Below are positions 31,701 through 47,099 of a stretch of 64,000 nucleotides of DNA, piece after piece (position 1 is the stretch's first letter; the number at the start of each line of letters is the position of its first letter). The translations under genes and the position numbers were made by a program. The stretch comes from Chrysomallon squamiferum (Eukaryota; Animalia; Mollusca), in assembly GCA_012295275.1 (NCBI GenBank), contig CM022671.1, positions 19,840,001 to 19,904,000 of the forward strand. Direction: 5' to 3'. The notes under the pieces are model-generated. The model was given only the letters and a program-made list of their open reading frames with translations. It was not told the origin of the DNA and ran no database searches.

Positions 31701-33997
31701 TTGAAAAGGAAATTCCTTTTTTGAAATAAATATTTTTCTTTGTACATTCAGAGATGTAAATGAATTGCCAATACAAAACAGTGAGAACGGTCAGTCACCA
31801 GAGCTAGATATGGTTTTACTACAGCTGCGAGGGTCAGAAGAGAGTCGAACCCTTTGTAAGTAAATTTCTATGATCAAATAGTTCTGCAAAATCTTTTATT
31901 AACAACAGTTCAGTATACATAATAGTTCTATTATCATTTGAAATTTTTTTCTTCTCCTTTTCATTTAGTTTAGCCTAGTTGTTTATTAACAATGGTTCTT
32001 AACCCCTTTTGTTTTTCAGCAGTCCATTTCATATAATGTTTATGGTTATGGCCACTTGGTTACATTTTATACTGTGATAGAAGGACAGTATAGTTACTGT
32101 TGCCTTTGTATTCTCATAATGTTACAGAGAGGGTACTGCCAAGGTTTAGAATACCAGATCATAAATTCTATTGAAATATAATGTTTCATTAACACATTAT
32201 CACTTCTGTGGTTTTATTACCGCTACAGAATGAACTTAAGACATATATTTCTATTTTTTTTATTAACAGTAAGCTCAGAAGTACATCATCTGCAGTCCCA
32301 GCTTTCAGATGTCACCTCTGAACTCAAACAAATTAAAGAAGAAAAATCAGCTATTGAACAAAAGACAGCTAAATTGGTAAAGAAATCTTTTAAATGTATT
32401 TTAAAAATAGCATTTAGGTATTTCAAGTTCTTGTTTATTTGTTGTTTTTTATATCGGTCTTCACTAAAAATATGTGTGAACATAATAATTATAACAATCT
32501 GTAGAAAATATATGGAGGTTGTCATTTGCCTTTTTTCTTTTAGTAATGTTACTCTTTACTAATGAGTATAAAAATAATCCTATATAAATAATAATATAAG
32601 GTATTCAGTAATGTAAACAAGTAAAAGTAAGTAAACCATAGACAAAGTTACCATAACTTTACAACAAAATAAGAATTAATTGTGGCAGCATCTTTGTATC
32701 TTATGGATTGTTATGTTTACTAAAAGTTGTGTAGAAATAAGAATTTCAACATTTAAATATTTAGCTTACAGTTTAAAAATGCATGTCAGCATGAACTTTC
32801 TGTTTTTCTGTACTGATCTAAATTAGTTTCTGTAAGAAGGTTTCTTGCAATTCATTCTCTCATTTTTAAAAAAATGTTTTGCCACTGACAGGCAGGTGAC
32901 ATGGTGTCATTAAAAGCTAAGGTAGATGAAAGTGAAGGCCAAAAAGCAGCTCTGGGAGACCACATAAAGACGTTGAAAGTAAGTTGAATAAATAATAGTT
33001 AACAGAGCTCAGCTATTCACTATTCTAAGACTAGAACAATTTTTCTGTCCAAAGACCTTTATTTTAGTTTGGTCTATTTATTTATTAAATTATTCAGTGA
33101 TGTGTTTTTAATTTCTTTTTTATTTAAAAATCTAAATGTAAATATTTGATAATAAATTTAAAAAAGACCTATGTTTTTCTGCTATTAGTAATACATGTAT
33201 TCTGCATTTTAATCTGAACAAAAGATTTTATAAATATTTTTCTGTTTGAAAATTCACATAGTTTAAATGTACTCTATTGGTGAGCATGAAACATAGATGA
33301 ATTTAGCAATGTCATGTCAGTATAAAAAGATTAATTAAAATTAACAGGAACCACCTTAAATAATAATTAATATATCATCTGAAAATTGTTCTGTTTGATT
33401 TCAGCAACAACTAAATGAAAAGGATCAGTATGTTAATTCTTTGGAATTACAGATGTCTCAGAGGTAATCTTTTTTTTAAGCAGGATAATATTTATTTAAA
33501 AATGTGTTTTTGTAAAATATAGTGCATATTATTAGTTATCACAATATACCAATACTTCATTTTCAAATCTTTTTTAAACATCTGATGTAGATGTTAATTC
33601 CTGTTTTAAATTATTTTTAAAATCGAATATCTGTCACTCTCTTTATAACATATGCTTGCTATTACTGACATTCATCTTTGGTTTCATGTTATTATTAATT
33701 ACACTATCTCACCATAGCGTTCATTAATCCTTTTTTATTTATCTATTCCCTTGAGATGAGGTTGTCCTTTTAAAAGATTTATATCCTTGTTTGAAAAACT
33801 GAGTCTTCACCTAAGATTTTAATATTTTATCTTTAATATGACACTACAGCTTTGAAACAGAATTCACTCTTTTCTTTTCTCTTTCTTTTCCACTGCTTCT
33901 TCTTCTTCTTAATTTTGGTGTCTTCCAGTGCTGACACTGAAAAATCGGAGCGGTAATACTCTTTTATGTTTTTGAAAACACTGACTGTTTGTTTTGT

Positions 33998-35345
33998 TTT
34001 CACATTTTTGTATTGTAACAGTTTCTCCAGAACATGCTATCTTAATTTATCATTATACTTGCCTTGTATTTCTCATAATTATTAAATAATTTAAATGTAT
34101 GAATATTTTAATTTTGAAAATTTCTTAACAGCATGTGTTTATCCACACACCAAAAACCTTTGCTTGTACATTCAAAACATTACCAACATTGCCTCCAGTC
34201 CATACAAATTTAAAAAAAAAAAAATCAAAAACAAAAAATCATTACAGTATTAATAATAATAATAACTAAATATATTTAGCTTTTAAAATTCAGGATATAA
34301 AAAAAAATTGACTGAATTTGAATTAAAAGGCATAAATTATAATTATATACATTTATGTAACAAAAAAAGATTGATATAGTAAAAAAAAAAAGTAACATGA
34401 TAGTACAGTAGTTATTAGAATATATTTTCTTTTTGTTGACAATTCTGTTAGATTTAATTTAGATTTTTTTCAAATAATATTTCAGTTGCCTAAACTAAAA
34501 TAAAAAAAAATAAAAACAATAAATCATAATTTGAAATGTGTAACTGATGAAGCATTTTGTATTTATTTTTAAAATTTATTTATTTATTTATTTATTTATT
34601 TATTTTTTTATTATAATTTTAAATTTTTTTAATGCTTTATTTATTTTATTTTTTTTTGTTGTGAATGTGCAACAGTTCTTTTTAGTTAGCATGAATTGAA
34701 TATTTTTGTCTGAAGTGCATTTTAATTTATATATACTGATGTATACTTTTTTTGGGGGGATGATGAAAATATTTGATCCATTAGCTTTTCCATTCCTGGC
34801 TAATATGTTATAATGCACAATCCAGTGTAAAACAGTTTAAAATGATTGATATGAAATAATTTATACCATACACCAAAAATCATTAATAAAGTAATAAAAA
34901 CAATAACAACAATAATAAATTAAAAACATTTTTGTTCAGTATTTATTTTTAAAATCTTTTTGTTTATGTTAATATCACAAAATAGTTGTCATGCTTTTGT
35001 GTACAAGTATTTTGAAATAAATGTTATGTACTTCCTACTTCCCATGTATCATGTGATGTCCTTTGTGTCTTCAGGCTTAACATTTTCAGGGAAATTATTA
35101 ATTCAACATATTTTTTGCATGTATACCAAATAGAATGTTAATCTTCTAACCTTATTTCAAAAGATATATATTATTTCAACAATTACATATCTGTTGTTTA
35201 ATTATATATATTATATGCATTAGATAACCATATATCTATAATGCTTGATGAAAGTTGTTTCTTTACAGATTTGAAATTTAATTCAGTACTAGGATTTCAT
35301 TAGTGATATAGTTTGTGTTAGTTGATGAATCTTTTATTAGAGATT
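33998..35345. repeat. Direct repeat 1 of an EEA1 intron-8 segment; copy at 47900-49250
   Basis: Colinear 1.35-kb match with scattered differences; ends at the gap. Confidence 0.95.
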
Positions 35346-35545
35346 NNNNNNNNNNNNNNNNNNNNNNNNNNNNNNNNNNNNNNNNNNNNNNNNNNNNNNN
35401 NNNNNNNNNNNNNNNNNNNNNNNNNNNNNNNNNNNNNNNNNNNNNNNNNNNNNNNNNNNNNNNNNNNNNNNNNNNNNNNNNNNNNNNNNNNNNNNNNNNN
35501 NNNNNNNNNNNNNNNNNNNNNNNNNNNNNNNNNNNNNNNNNNNNN
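35346..35545. other. Assembly gap (200 N)
   Basis: Run of exactly 200 N. Confidence 1.
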
Positions 35546-38500
35546 AATAAAAGTTTCATTTGTATATTAAATCCCAATAATTGTTAAATTACTAATTTAG
35601 TAATATTGAAATTTTACTTCATTCTGTAAGCAGTTTTAAAATAATAATTTAAACACAAATAAACTGCTATTTATATTTTAAGTAAATATATATGTTTCAT
35701 AATCTGTTGATTAAAAGTACTAACACTATTAGTAACAGTAGAAAGAGATTAAATGAAAGGAACTAGATTATCAAGAGAAATTGTAGATTTTGTAGCCTGA
35801 TAATAATTAACTTTGTCATCCCAATTATTATTTTGCCTGTAGAAAATACATTTTGATAAAAAATTATATACTAATATAATGAGCTATGTTAGCATCGTCA
35901 TCCATCTTAGAAGATGCAGTCCAATGATGGTTTCTTTTCTAAGTTGATTAGCATGATAACCATGATTTTGATTGCTAACATCTCAGAAGTATCTTAGCAA
36001 GCAGGGTAAAAACTCTTAATTATATAAAATTATAACCTGTGCAGATAATTTTAACTTGACTGCTACTGTAAGTTTAAAAATATTATTTAGATTGATAGCA
36101 AGTAAGTCAGCTTATAATAGTAACAGTGAACTTAATATTTCTAAAAATGGAAAACTAATAAGTTTTACCATGGGGAAAAAAGTCATTAAAAGAATTAGAA
36201 TAAAACATTTCTGTAGAAATCCCTTGAATCTATATGCAAAGCAAATCATTCATATCATACCAACATATTATACATGCAATCAGTTTTAAGTAAAATAACA
36301 GACACTGAATTTAAAATATATTTTTAATTCATGTACACGCTATCTGCAGGAAAAACCATGTATATAAGGATCGAAGAAACCAGAAGCATTCTGACACTAT
36401 ACCATGAACACAAAATGGAACCACAACTAACAACATTAAAAAGCAATATCTAACATTCAGTTTCCAGGCTTTAATATATTGTTTAAAAACATATTATTTC
36501 AAAATAAATATATCTTGCATTGTTGATAAAGAAATAAATAACTAGCCTAAACAAATAAAAAGCAAAATTTAAAAAATTTAGAAAATCCAACAAGAATTTC
36601 ATACTGACACCATAATCAACACAGGTATAGATGATACAGTATGTTATTCTTTTACAAATAACACATTTTACTCATGCATGGCAAATGTGTTGCTCTCAGC
36701 ACCAAAATTCTTGGTTTAATATAAATATTTGTTAGCTTTACAAAATCTCACCATACTTAAGACAGCAGTGAATCTGGGGAAGAAGTCGGTAATAAAATTT
36801 TGTTCTTTATGATGTCTCATTCACTGCTTTTTATAAACAGCAGAAAATACATTTTCTGACTAATTGTAACTGGATAGGTTGTTAGAGTCCCTTTCTAAAC
36901 AGATGCTTTTAATGAATATTCAAAAATAATTCAAATGTCATACCATTTTATTTTTAACAGGAGTTCTTAGAATCTTGTTTCAAAGATTGTTTATTTTTCA
37001 AATGACATTGTAAAAACAAATCTTTACTATAGCTGTTTTCTTAAACGACAACAATGACAGAAAACCCTCTAATTATTATAAATATTTGTTATCACTCAAC
37101 ATTAAAACAAACTAAAATTCAATGGTTCATGAATTGTTTTTCATGCTGTAGTTGAGGTGTGTTTGAAGACAATCTCTTCATTAACAACAAACATAAAACA
37201 AATGTATGTATTTTTTTCTTCTTATTCCATTATAATTACAATTTTTTGGCACACATTCAACACTATTTTTTAATATAAGATACAAAAAGAAAAACCAAAT
37301 TACATTTATGATATATATATATGAAAGCCACAATCTATTATAATATGAACCTTCTTGTGTTGTACTCAAAATACCAGAATTCAATATAATCATCTTAATT
37401 TGGCTGTAAATGTTTAAACACCTTCAGAATGAACTAGTATTTGATCAGACCTATATTTATGATTGATATTAAAACAGACACTGTATCAATTCTTTACTTC
37501 GTTCATCTTTTTTTCATTTTATTTACTCTGTGTGTGCGTTTGTTTATATATATTTCAACTGTTAATATTGGAACATTTACATGATATCTGGGGACATCAG
37601 AAAAGTAATTACTAATGTTCCAAAGATTAAAATGTAAAAAAAATAAAAAATAATAAATAAATAAAAATCAATTTTTAAAAGCATAGTCAAAATTAAATTT
37701 TAACACACACTACAGTATCATCTTACTTTTCTCCTCTGACAGCTATTTAAATAGATATATAAAATTTTTAAAACTTAAATACTCAAACAAAAGCAAAAAT
37801 TAATAAACAAAAAAATAAAAGACTGTAACAAAACAACAAGAACACCAATTCTAATAACAAAACTACCAAAACTGTTTAATATTGATAAAAAGTGTCCAAT
37901 AATTCACAGTGGCTAAAAAGAAACTTATAAATTTTCTCATAATATTAAGAAAATAGAATCATTATTGCCAAGATTTTTTTACTGGTGCCACATAATTTCT
38001 TGTATTTCTTTAGCTGGTAACAAAAAATTTAGATTCTTATTTTCTTTTTCTGAACTGAAATTTCATTTATTATCTGTTCTCAATACAGTGAAAATTTCAT
38101 TACAGCTATTTATCTTAGATTAAAATTTCAGTTTTTCATTTTCTTTTTCCCTGCAATTAATAGCATTAAAGGAATAATTCCTGTTTTAAGATTGTTGTTC
38201 CTTTAAAAAGAAAACAAGTTTTTATATTTCATTTTGTAATACATATCACCAACATTTGTAAAGAAAAAATATTTTGCCACAAATTCAGTGATAATTCCTA
38301 GCACAAAGTTTAACTGCTGACTGCTGATATTCAACTACAACTAGTCTGATGCTGAAGTAAAAGAAGTACATAATATCTGAAAGTTGATGGATATGTAATA
38401 ACATATAATTCATTTTAAATATATAATGGTTCATTTCATACTTCAAAATGTTTGACCATATTTGTGCAGTGAAGTTTTATATTTATTTAAGTAGTAGAAG

Positions 38501-39091
38501 TTACAATAATAAAGAACCGACAGATCTTTGTTGCATTTTTATAGCTTCTTGTTTGATAATGTTATGCTTGTTGCAGAAAACACATTTTTTAAAAGAAGCA
38601 TGTTAATATAAATATTATGTAAATAAATGATCAAGAAATTAAATGATTATCTATGCCAATGTTAGAAATAATGAATTCTATGTGAAAAACAGTTAAACTG
38701 AGATATACTTCCGATTTTTACAAAACCCAAGAACCCAAAATAAATCAGCAATTATTTTATACTCAACAAATGGAAAAAAAGAGCTTTAAATCTGTATTAG
38801 AATGGTTACATTTAAATGCAATATCCTCTGTCTTCTAGTCCTATATTAAAAATATTGTAATAAGTTCTTACCAATTCCTAAATAAACAGCAGATATTTCA
38901 AAATAAAGCATTAAAACTCGAGCAGTCTACCGGCAGGAATTTATTTTAAAACTCTAATAACAACAACAATAATCCTTCATTTAAATGAAAAATTAATTTA
39001 AAATTAAGTAACATTATTCAAGAAAAGTGAAAGTTTCTGTTGCTAAAATTTCACAGATGTATATAACTGTCAATTAAAATGACTAAGGTTA

Positions 39092-42000
39092 TCAATGCTT
39101 TGAGTAATTCTGACATTGTTCTCTGAGAATCTGTTTTCCTTTCAGGTCTTTTATAGATGTGATCACAGATTTGCAGAAGAAGCATTCCTTCTTTCCCATC
39201 AACTGCTGAGTAATGCAGGTCCTGAAATAAGATTTAATTTATTACAAATATACTGGTTCTATAAAAGAAGTCTCTTTTCACATAATTGCACATATTTTTT
39301 TATAGTACTTTCTGCACTGTCAAGGTGGGGGATGATCATCAAAAGGCTAAAAATTAATATATGGTTAAAGTAAGTATTTCAAAGAACAGATTAAAATGTG
39401 ATATAATATGGCATCTAATAATACAAAACACTCCCTGATAAGCTGAGAAAATCAAAATGTTGCTATTTGTCTTACTAAACGTTTAGTCAAATATTTCAGT
39501 CTGTTTAAACCACTTTAATTGCTGCATTACTCTCATATAAAATACTTGTCAGTGTCCTCTCTGTAAGTATGAATGACTTTATTTCAACAAACCTGCATGA
39601 TCGATGACCACATGGTACAAAAACAGCTGTTTGTGGACTGGCATAGCAGATTGTACACAGATCTTCTTCATTCACAGTGGACTGAAATTTAAAACATTTT
39701 CTGCTTAGTTAAACAAGATTTTTACCAATTATTTTCAATTAATATAAATAAATAATTAACTGTAAATTTAAAGATTTTAAAGTATTTAAATGATTGTTAG
39801 TTAAGCACATGTTTTTTGGATAATGTTCAATTAGCTGGACTAATCTTATTAATTAACGACAAGGAATACTTTTTGCCATGAACAGAAAAACATGTACCAT
39901 GCCCTTTGATAGATTAAGACATTGACTGGAATGAGAAGTATTAGTATTCAAGGACTTACGTACAGAATCCTATTTTTAGTGCTTTATCAGTATTAATTTA
40001 CAACATTTATTAAATAGGAAATTGTTGCTATCATCATCATCATTATTACTATTATTTTTGTCATTATTAAATATACATATATCCTTTTGTTCCTAATGAA
40101 TTAAAGAACATGACTTAAAGAAAATAATATTAAATTTTCCATGATTCCTAGCTAAAATATCTTTGACGTATCCAAATTATTAACAGGTTGGTTTTAATTC
40201 ACACGTGTTGCTGTTTGTCCAGCTCTTTCTATTTCTCCTGCAGATAGAGATACAACTTTTCTATTTCTTCCATTTCTTCTTTATTCACTTCTTCAACTGT
40301 AATCATTAAACAAAATCATGCAGTAAATTTCTCTCTATAAACAAATGTTTCTTTCAAAAATTCATAATGAATTTAAAAGATTTACAATTTTATTTTCCAT
40401 AAATATTTAAAAAAAACAATAATAAAATAAATAAAGTAATAAACAAAAAAAACAAATTATTTTTTTTTTTTCTAATTATGCATATCAGTTTGGCAATATC
40501 TTACAGTCTGATAAGGAAAAGAATTTATCCTTTGGTTTGACTGGAGGGATCTTTCCTAATACAAACTCTAAAGTAGACAGCTGGAAACCAGTATCTGTCA
40601 GTAATGCCTTGGTTGCCTTCTCCTTGCTGAAACCGTCAAAATAGTTAATTTATCTTTTCTTATCTAGTAATAGCTTTGTTTTACAAAATAGGAATTATAA
40701 AGCATAAATATGTAACTGTAAAATGTGCACGTGTGTGTGTGTGCTCATTTGTATATTTCTTTCCACAGACTAACATATAAGATGAAAATAATTTTATTTA
40801 TTGTTTAACTTTACTAAAACTGACATACTTTGAGCCAACTGGCTTGTTGATAAGCTGATTGAGAATTCCTACAGCAACTGTAAGAACTGGAAAATATGTG
40901 ACACTATCGAAACCTGTACGTAAAAAACAAATACTTTTCATGAGACATTCCCAATAATGTTACAATAATATATTTAATACAAAACTACATTGATACTGTT
41001 TCTGAAAAGGTTATTTGTTTTTTATTGATACATTTTACCAACACCTACTATAACAATTTTTTCTTTGTTCTAATAGCATTACTTTATTTTTTTATTTTTT
41101 TTCATTTAAAAAAAATTTAACAGTTACCCAGTAATATATCAAATGTAAACATTAAGGATAAATAATTTAAGAACAAAACAGTACCTGGTATGGGTAATGA
41201 GACCAGACTTTCAAATGCTCCACCCCTGGATGTAATTCTACTCAAAACCTGACTTAGCAACTATTTAAAAACAATATTGAATTATTTAAGTTATTGCAAG
41301 TGATTTTTTTTTTTAAATGTGGCAGAAACCAAAAAATGCAGTGTATAAATAAAATAAAATAATAAATACAATAATTTTATTAATGAAGAAGAATATAAAT
41401 TCAGTACTGACTAGTTTCATTTAAACAGTATTAAAAAGAAAAGAAGAAGAAACACACGTACAGACAAAGACATACACACTCTATTTTCTTAATGAAGTAT
41501 AAAACAATAATAACCCAAGAGAGAGTATCAACCTATATTCTCATATATAATAATAACATAACTTACTTGCATTATCCGTTTAAGGAAGAGTTCAGAAGAT
41601 GGTCTTGTCCAGTCAGTAAAGAGCTGGGGTGCAATGGTTGCCACCATTTCCAACACTCTCATTAGACACACAGAAATCTCAAAACATGCAGCACAGATCT
41701 TTAACTGTCGACCTTCCAGAAACAGATGTTCAGTTTTGGTCACAAGCTGTTGAATCTGAACGTAAGAAAAAAAATCTGTTTGAAACTGCAACCTGCATAT
41801 GAAAGTTCATGTAATAAATCATCCCATAAATCAGTAAAAGCCAAGTGAAACAAATACATAAAGAAATATTGTCCATTACTAAAAGGAAATAAAAGTAAAT
41901 AATTTTTTTATCTCTTTGAGTCTTTCAAAATAAAAGTTGATAATTTCATTTTAATTTAACCTCTTCACAAATGAGGCCACATGCATGCCTAAAACCAAGC

Positions 42001-45000
42001 CTAAAATTCACTAAAGAAACTCTATTATGTTTTTACTCATTGTATTATGACTGCTATAGTAGTGACTAAAAGTACTGATGGGGTTATGATACCAGTTATG
42101 ATACAAGCTGTATAATGCAAGAAACATTTTATTATTATAACTCTTTTTTTTTTCATCATTCTTTTTAATGTTTATTAAGACATACTGACTGAGATATCTT
42201 ATTGAAAAATTTAGATTTTCATTCTCAGATGACATTACAACTTTAAAAAAAATATATTTTAAGTTAAAAAACAAAATAAAACTTGACAAAAGAAAAACCA
42301 ACTAAAGCAGATTTCATAATAAATAAAAAAAAAACTAACCTCTTGCATGATGCCGACAAACTCTGAGAATGACCAGTTGAGTTGATTCATCAAAGTGTCA
42401 AGGAAACGTGTGGATGCTGGTTCATCATCCAGCAATATTTTAGCAAGCAGAGACTGGAACTTGAGGGACGGACATGGCTCTTTAATTGCAGTTTGTGAAA
42501 ATAAAAACAACTTTTAGAAGAGCGAAAATGTGAATTGTTAATGCACAGTTGGCAAATGATCTAAGATGGGGAAAAAATGCCGAATTTTTATATTAATAGA
42601 ATTTCAATTCATAATATAGTTTGAAAATAAATTTGAGATATTTTACAATAGGCAATACAATTTCTAAAATCTTCCCTTTGCATTCTGTTAAAGAAAACAG
42701 CTTTGTATAAGAACAAAGATGCTGCAATTTTCCACGCATATAGCACTGTATATTCTTGATTTGAAAATACATGTTTCAGTTACCATTACCAACATATCAT
42801 ATAAATCTTTCAACTTACTATGCAAACTCACAAAACTAAACTCAGTTGGCTGAACTTTTGAAGGCACAAGATTTGGCAAGTAGCGATATCGGAAGGCAAA
42901 ACCACAGCCCTGGAAGAAAAAAAGAAAAAAGAAAAAATGTATTAATGAATCCAGTTTATTCTGAGTGACTACCATCACGTAACTGAAAAAACTGTGAACC
43001 ACGATAGGAGTGAACTATGATATACCAGACATTCTGTTATATAATCCAGTAGAAAATCAACAAAGATCACTAAATGTATCATACATGTTAAAAGATCTCC
43101 GTATTCTATGAATTACATTTTTGTTGATATATTCCTGAAAAGAAAGAACTGAAACAATTTTCACTAACAGTGTAAAAGAAAAAGTATTTAAACCAGCTAT
43201 TTCATGACTTAAACACATATTTTCCAAAGTCGTACAAGAATCCAATTTGTGTGAGCCCAAGATCTGTTTTCATATGGAGCTATTAGCGCACGGAGAACAG
43301 ATTTTGACTGAAATATAAAAACATAAAGAAAATAATATATTACTTTTAAAAATGAGTCAGATGTTTTTTACAATAGTAATAAGATGTAACTTCTTTCATA
43401 ACAACAATGTAAGTTAAAACAATTAATATAATTTTTAAAGTCAGATTTCTTTACCATTTTACAATGCTGTCCAAAACCTTTGCAGTAATAATACAATATT
43501 TAAAACAACTGTCTGATATATGTATTAGTATATTTAAAACTTATCAGATATATTACAAGAATATAACATTTAGACGCAATTGTCACGTACATTTACTATA
43601 TCTGACAATAATATAACATGCATAACAGTTTTTAAATATATTTCCAGTAATAAAGCTAACTTAACTGTTGTCATATAACTTTAAATTTTGTAACATGTGA
43701 TCAAAATTATATTAAGTGAGAAAATTAAATTGTTATGTCAGTTTTTCTCATTAAAATTAAAATATGTTTACCAACCCTCTATCAGTGGCAGACAACATTA
43801 AATAAACTATCTATGTATTCATGTATCTAATATATCAAAGTAAACAAAATCGTTCTGTTAAGCAAAGTCTAGATAATTTCTTATATATATATACACACAA
43901 ACACATATTTTTTTACCTATCGAGAGGCAATGATTCAAGAATCTTCAGTGTCCGAGGGTAACAAATAAAGCAAGCTAGAGCTTGGACTAGATTATCACGG
44001 AAAGGCATGTTAAAAATGAATGTATATTTTCAGCTTTTACTGGTTGTTTTGACTACAGTACAGAATAAGATGTCAAATGTGTTCTGAAAAAAGAGTTTGT
44101 GTGTCTTACCATTGCTGACAATTCTGGTATCAGCAAAATGATTGATGAGAAACTCTGCATATTTCTTATGTAACAAGTCATCATAACCTGCAAACACACC
44201 ACAATAAGAAAAACAAAATTAGTATTATTTATCACTAATAAATTATTAACTGATTCTGTTCTAATAAAAGTGAAACGGTAATACACTAAATATTAAGGTT
44301 AGAAAAGCTTTCATTATACTGACATTTCCTGTGAGAGTTATGTTATAATAAAGATTCTCATATGTATCTATTATAAATAGAAATACATTCATTATCTCAG
44401 AGAAAGTTTAAAGGGATTTAATTAAAATTAAATCTGGCAGGACAGAAAGATTATCGGTTTAAGTGTATATTCTTAGATAAGATAATCAGGCACACAAATT
44501 ATAAAATTTATAATCTACCATCGATTGCTTCAAATCTCATTGTAGGGTGCATGTAGTATCTCAGTGCAATATAACAGGTAATACAGGATTCTATGTAGAA
44601 TTCTGGTAAATACTGAAACAGTCGGCCATACTTGGAGGCTTTCTCGATTGTTTTCAATAGTACATTTAACAGCCAGGTAATATCCCTTTGCTTGGTCTGT
44701 TTAGGATAAGAAAAAGTATTAATATTTTATTTGTTCTTAATTTACAATACTTTTTTTGGTGAAAAATCAATTAATATTAAGAGGAGAATTTTTCGTAAAA
44801 CAAATAATAACTCAAAGTAAAGCAATAATTTTGTTTAGTCATACCCAAAGTAAGTATTTTTATAATCTGTTCAATATGATAAATAAACATTTTGTTACAT
44901 TATAATCAGTGTTTAGCCTGACTCTTAGGTGAAATATTTGATACAGACACATTCATAATTGTTAATGTAAAATAAAGCCTTATTGCTGGATTCAAGAAGA

Positions 45001-46613
45001 CTGAAACCACTAATGTTAACAGAATGAAAATGGAACTGCTTTCACCTTTTTGAGGTTATAAACTGGTTAAAACATTTGCCTTTTTAATAAAAATAATATA
45101 TACACATCCGCTTTAAATGTAAACTTTTTGTTAAGAATTCAGAATTTCTTGTTTTAAATCATCTGTTCCTTTTATTGGAAAATGAACAAATATACTAACA
45201 TATTTTGGTCGTGGCATACCATGTATCAAATAAAGAAATCTTTAGACATTTTATTACTTGTATTCTTTACCTTTGAATAAATAACTGCAACAACCCATCC
45301 CATCTGTCTAGCCTGTTCAGTGATCTTGTCAAGAAACACCTGCTTGGCATTACCAAGGTATTCACGTACATCAGTCATCTTTAAAAATAAAAATAAATAA
45401 TTTATCAGTAGAGTCTGTCCTAATAACATATCCATTTAGTGGAATATTGTATGACTTGATGGTTATTTTTCTGATCCAAACAATTTTGTGTGTGTATTGC
45501 GTGTGTGTGTGTATATATATATTTGACATGTTTCTAAATAATCCTTTTTTGCCCTTTAAGACCAATATTAGCTAATTATGAAATATGACAAAAATAATAA
45601 AAAATGGCATTGTTTTTCATCTTTGCTTTGGTCAAGTAGTAATATATAACATACAGAAATGTATTCAGAGTTGACATTTCAAATGACCGATTTACAAATT
45701 CTTCAAAAAGTACCTTGATTACACAGTTATCACCTTCACTAAAAAAAAGAGGAGAATTTATCTGAAAAATATACAAATATTTTTTTTTTTTTTTTTTCTT
45801 TTTTTTTAAATTACATTATATCAAAGTCTAATACTTCCACATTTAAAAAAAGGTGACAAACCAATTTTTTATATATTTAACTTACATCTGAAGGACATCT
45901 CTTCAGCTTATCTTCTGTATCTTGATAGGCTAGGACAAATTCTTTTAAATTATCTCGTAATGCACACATCTGAAAAATGTTTTAAACATTTTTTTAAACA
46001 TTTACACACATTATTATTACCTGGTACATGAAAAACTGCAATGTTTTTCATTAAAATTAGCAAAATGATTTACTTAAATTTGCGATATCATTCAATGAAA
46101 TCTGAATTATTATTAAATGAAGTCTGCAAAATGATTAACTGAAATTTGTATTATTTATTATGAACTGAAATCTGTGTTATTATTAACCATAATCTGTAAT
46201 ATTCAACTACAATTTGCATTATCAATAACCAAAATTTGAACTATTTTTACAAAAATTTGTATTATATTTCACAAACATTCACAGTATTATTCCCTTTAAT
46301 TGAGGCATTAAAAATCTCAAAATATTTTAATATTGTTCACTGAAAGTTGCCATCTTAACTAATAAAAGTAGATTCAGTTACGCTTGTTGTTTTTTGTTAC
46401 CTTGCCTAGTTGTTTGTGTGCTGCTATATGGTACAGGAGAATAAGACTATCAAGAAGTCTCATCAGAGTGTTTCCACTTGGCATTTCATGTTCCGGATAC
46501 TCAGCTGCAACAGATAGAATAGCATATTTAAAATCAAATCAAATCTATATGTGTATGGTATTAAACCAGACATTTTTATTATCATTTCTTCTGCTACAGA
46601 AACTAAATATTGT

Positions 46614-46645
<32 letters not shown>

Positions 46646-46992
46646 ATCAACACCAATATAAGCACCTATTAAAACTAAATGTATAATGCTAAAAAGCTTA
46701 TCAAACTTCAATACAATATAAACAATTTCTGTCATCAGTTATTGGATATCAAATATTTCATATCGATATTTTATATACAAATTCCCACAGACAGAAAAGC
46801 ACTCACCTTGTCCTTTAATAAGTAAATATACAGCAGTGACTTTTTTTATATCACGATAATCCACCAACCAATAATCTAACTAATGAGCAATATCCTGCCC
46901 CAAATTAACACAAAATATTATCATTTTTATTATCATTTCTTTCTCTACAGAAACTAAATATTGTTAAAACTTTAGAATTTAGGTTTTAATAT

Positions 46993-47030
<38 letters not shown>

Positions 47031-47065
47031 CAACACCAATATAACAACTCACTACATTATTGGAA

Positions 47066-47099
<34 letters not shown>

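Noticed and set aside
33690-33990. Lys-rich minus-strand stretch in EEA1 intron 8 as a hidden exon
   Set aside because: Low complexity, with no recognisable motif or convincing splice sites; probably a decayed repeat.
35278-35587. ORFs containing X runs
   Set aside because: Artefacts of the N gap.
43213-43221. AT donor in RNF123-C as a second U12 intron or an A-to-I-edited donor
   Set aside because: It reads ATATGT, not ATATCC, and the acceptor is AG. The same exon is also one base short, so a GT>AT mutation is simpler.
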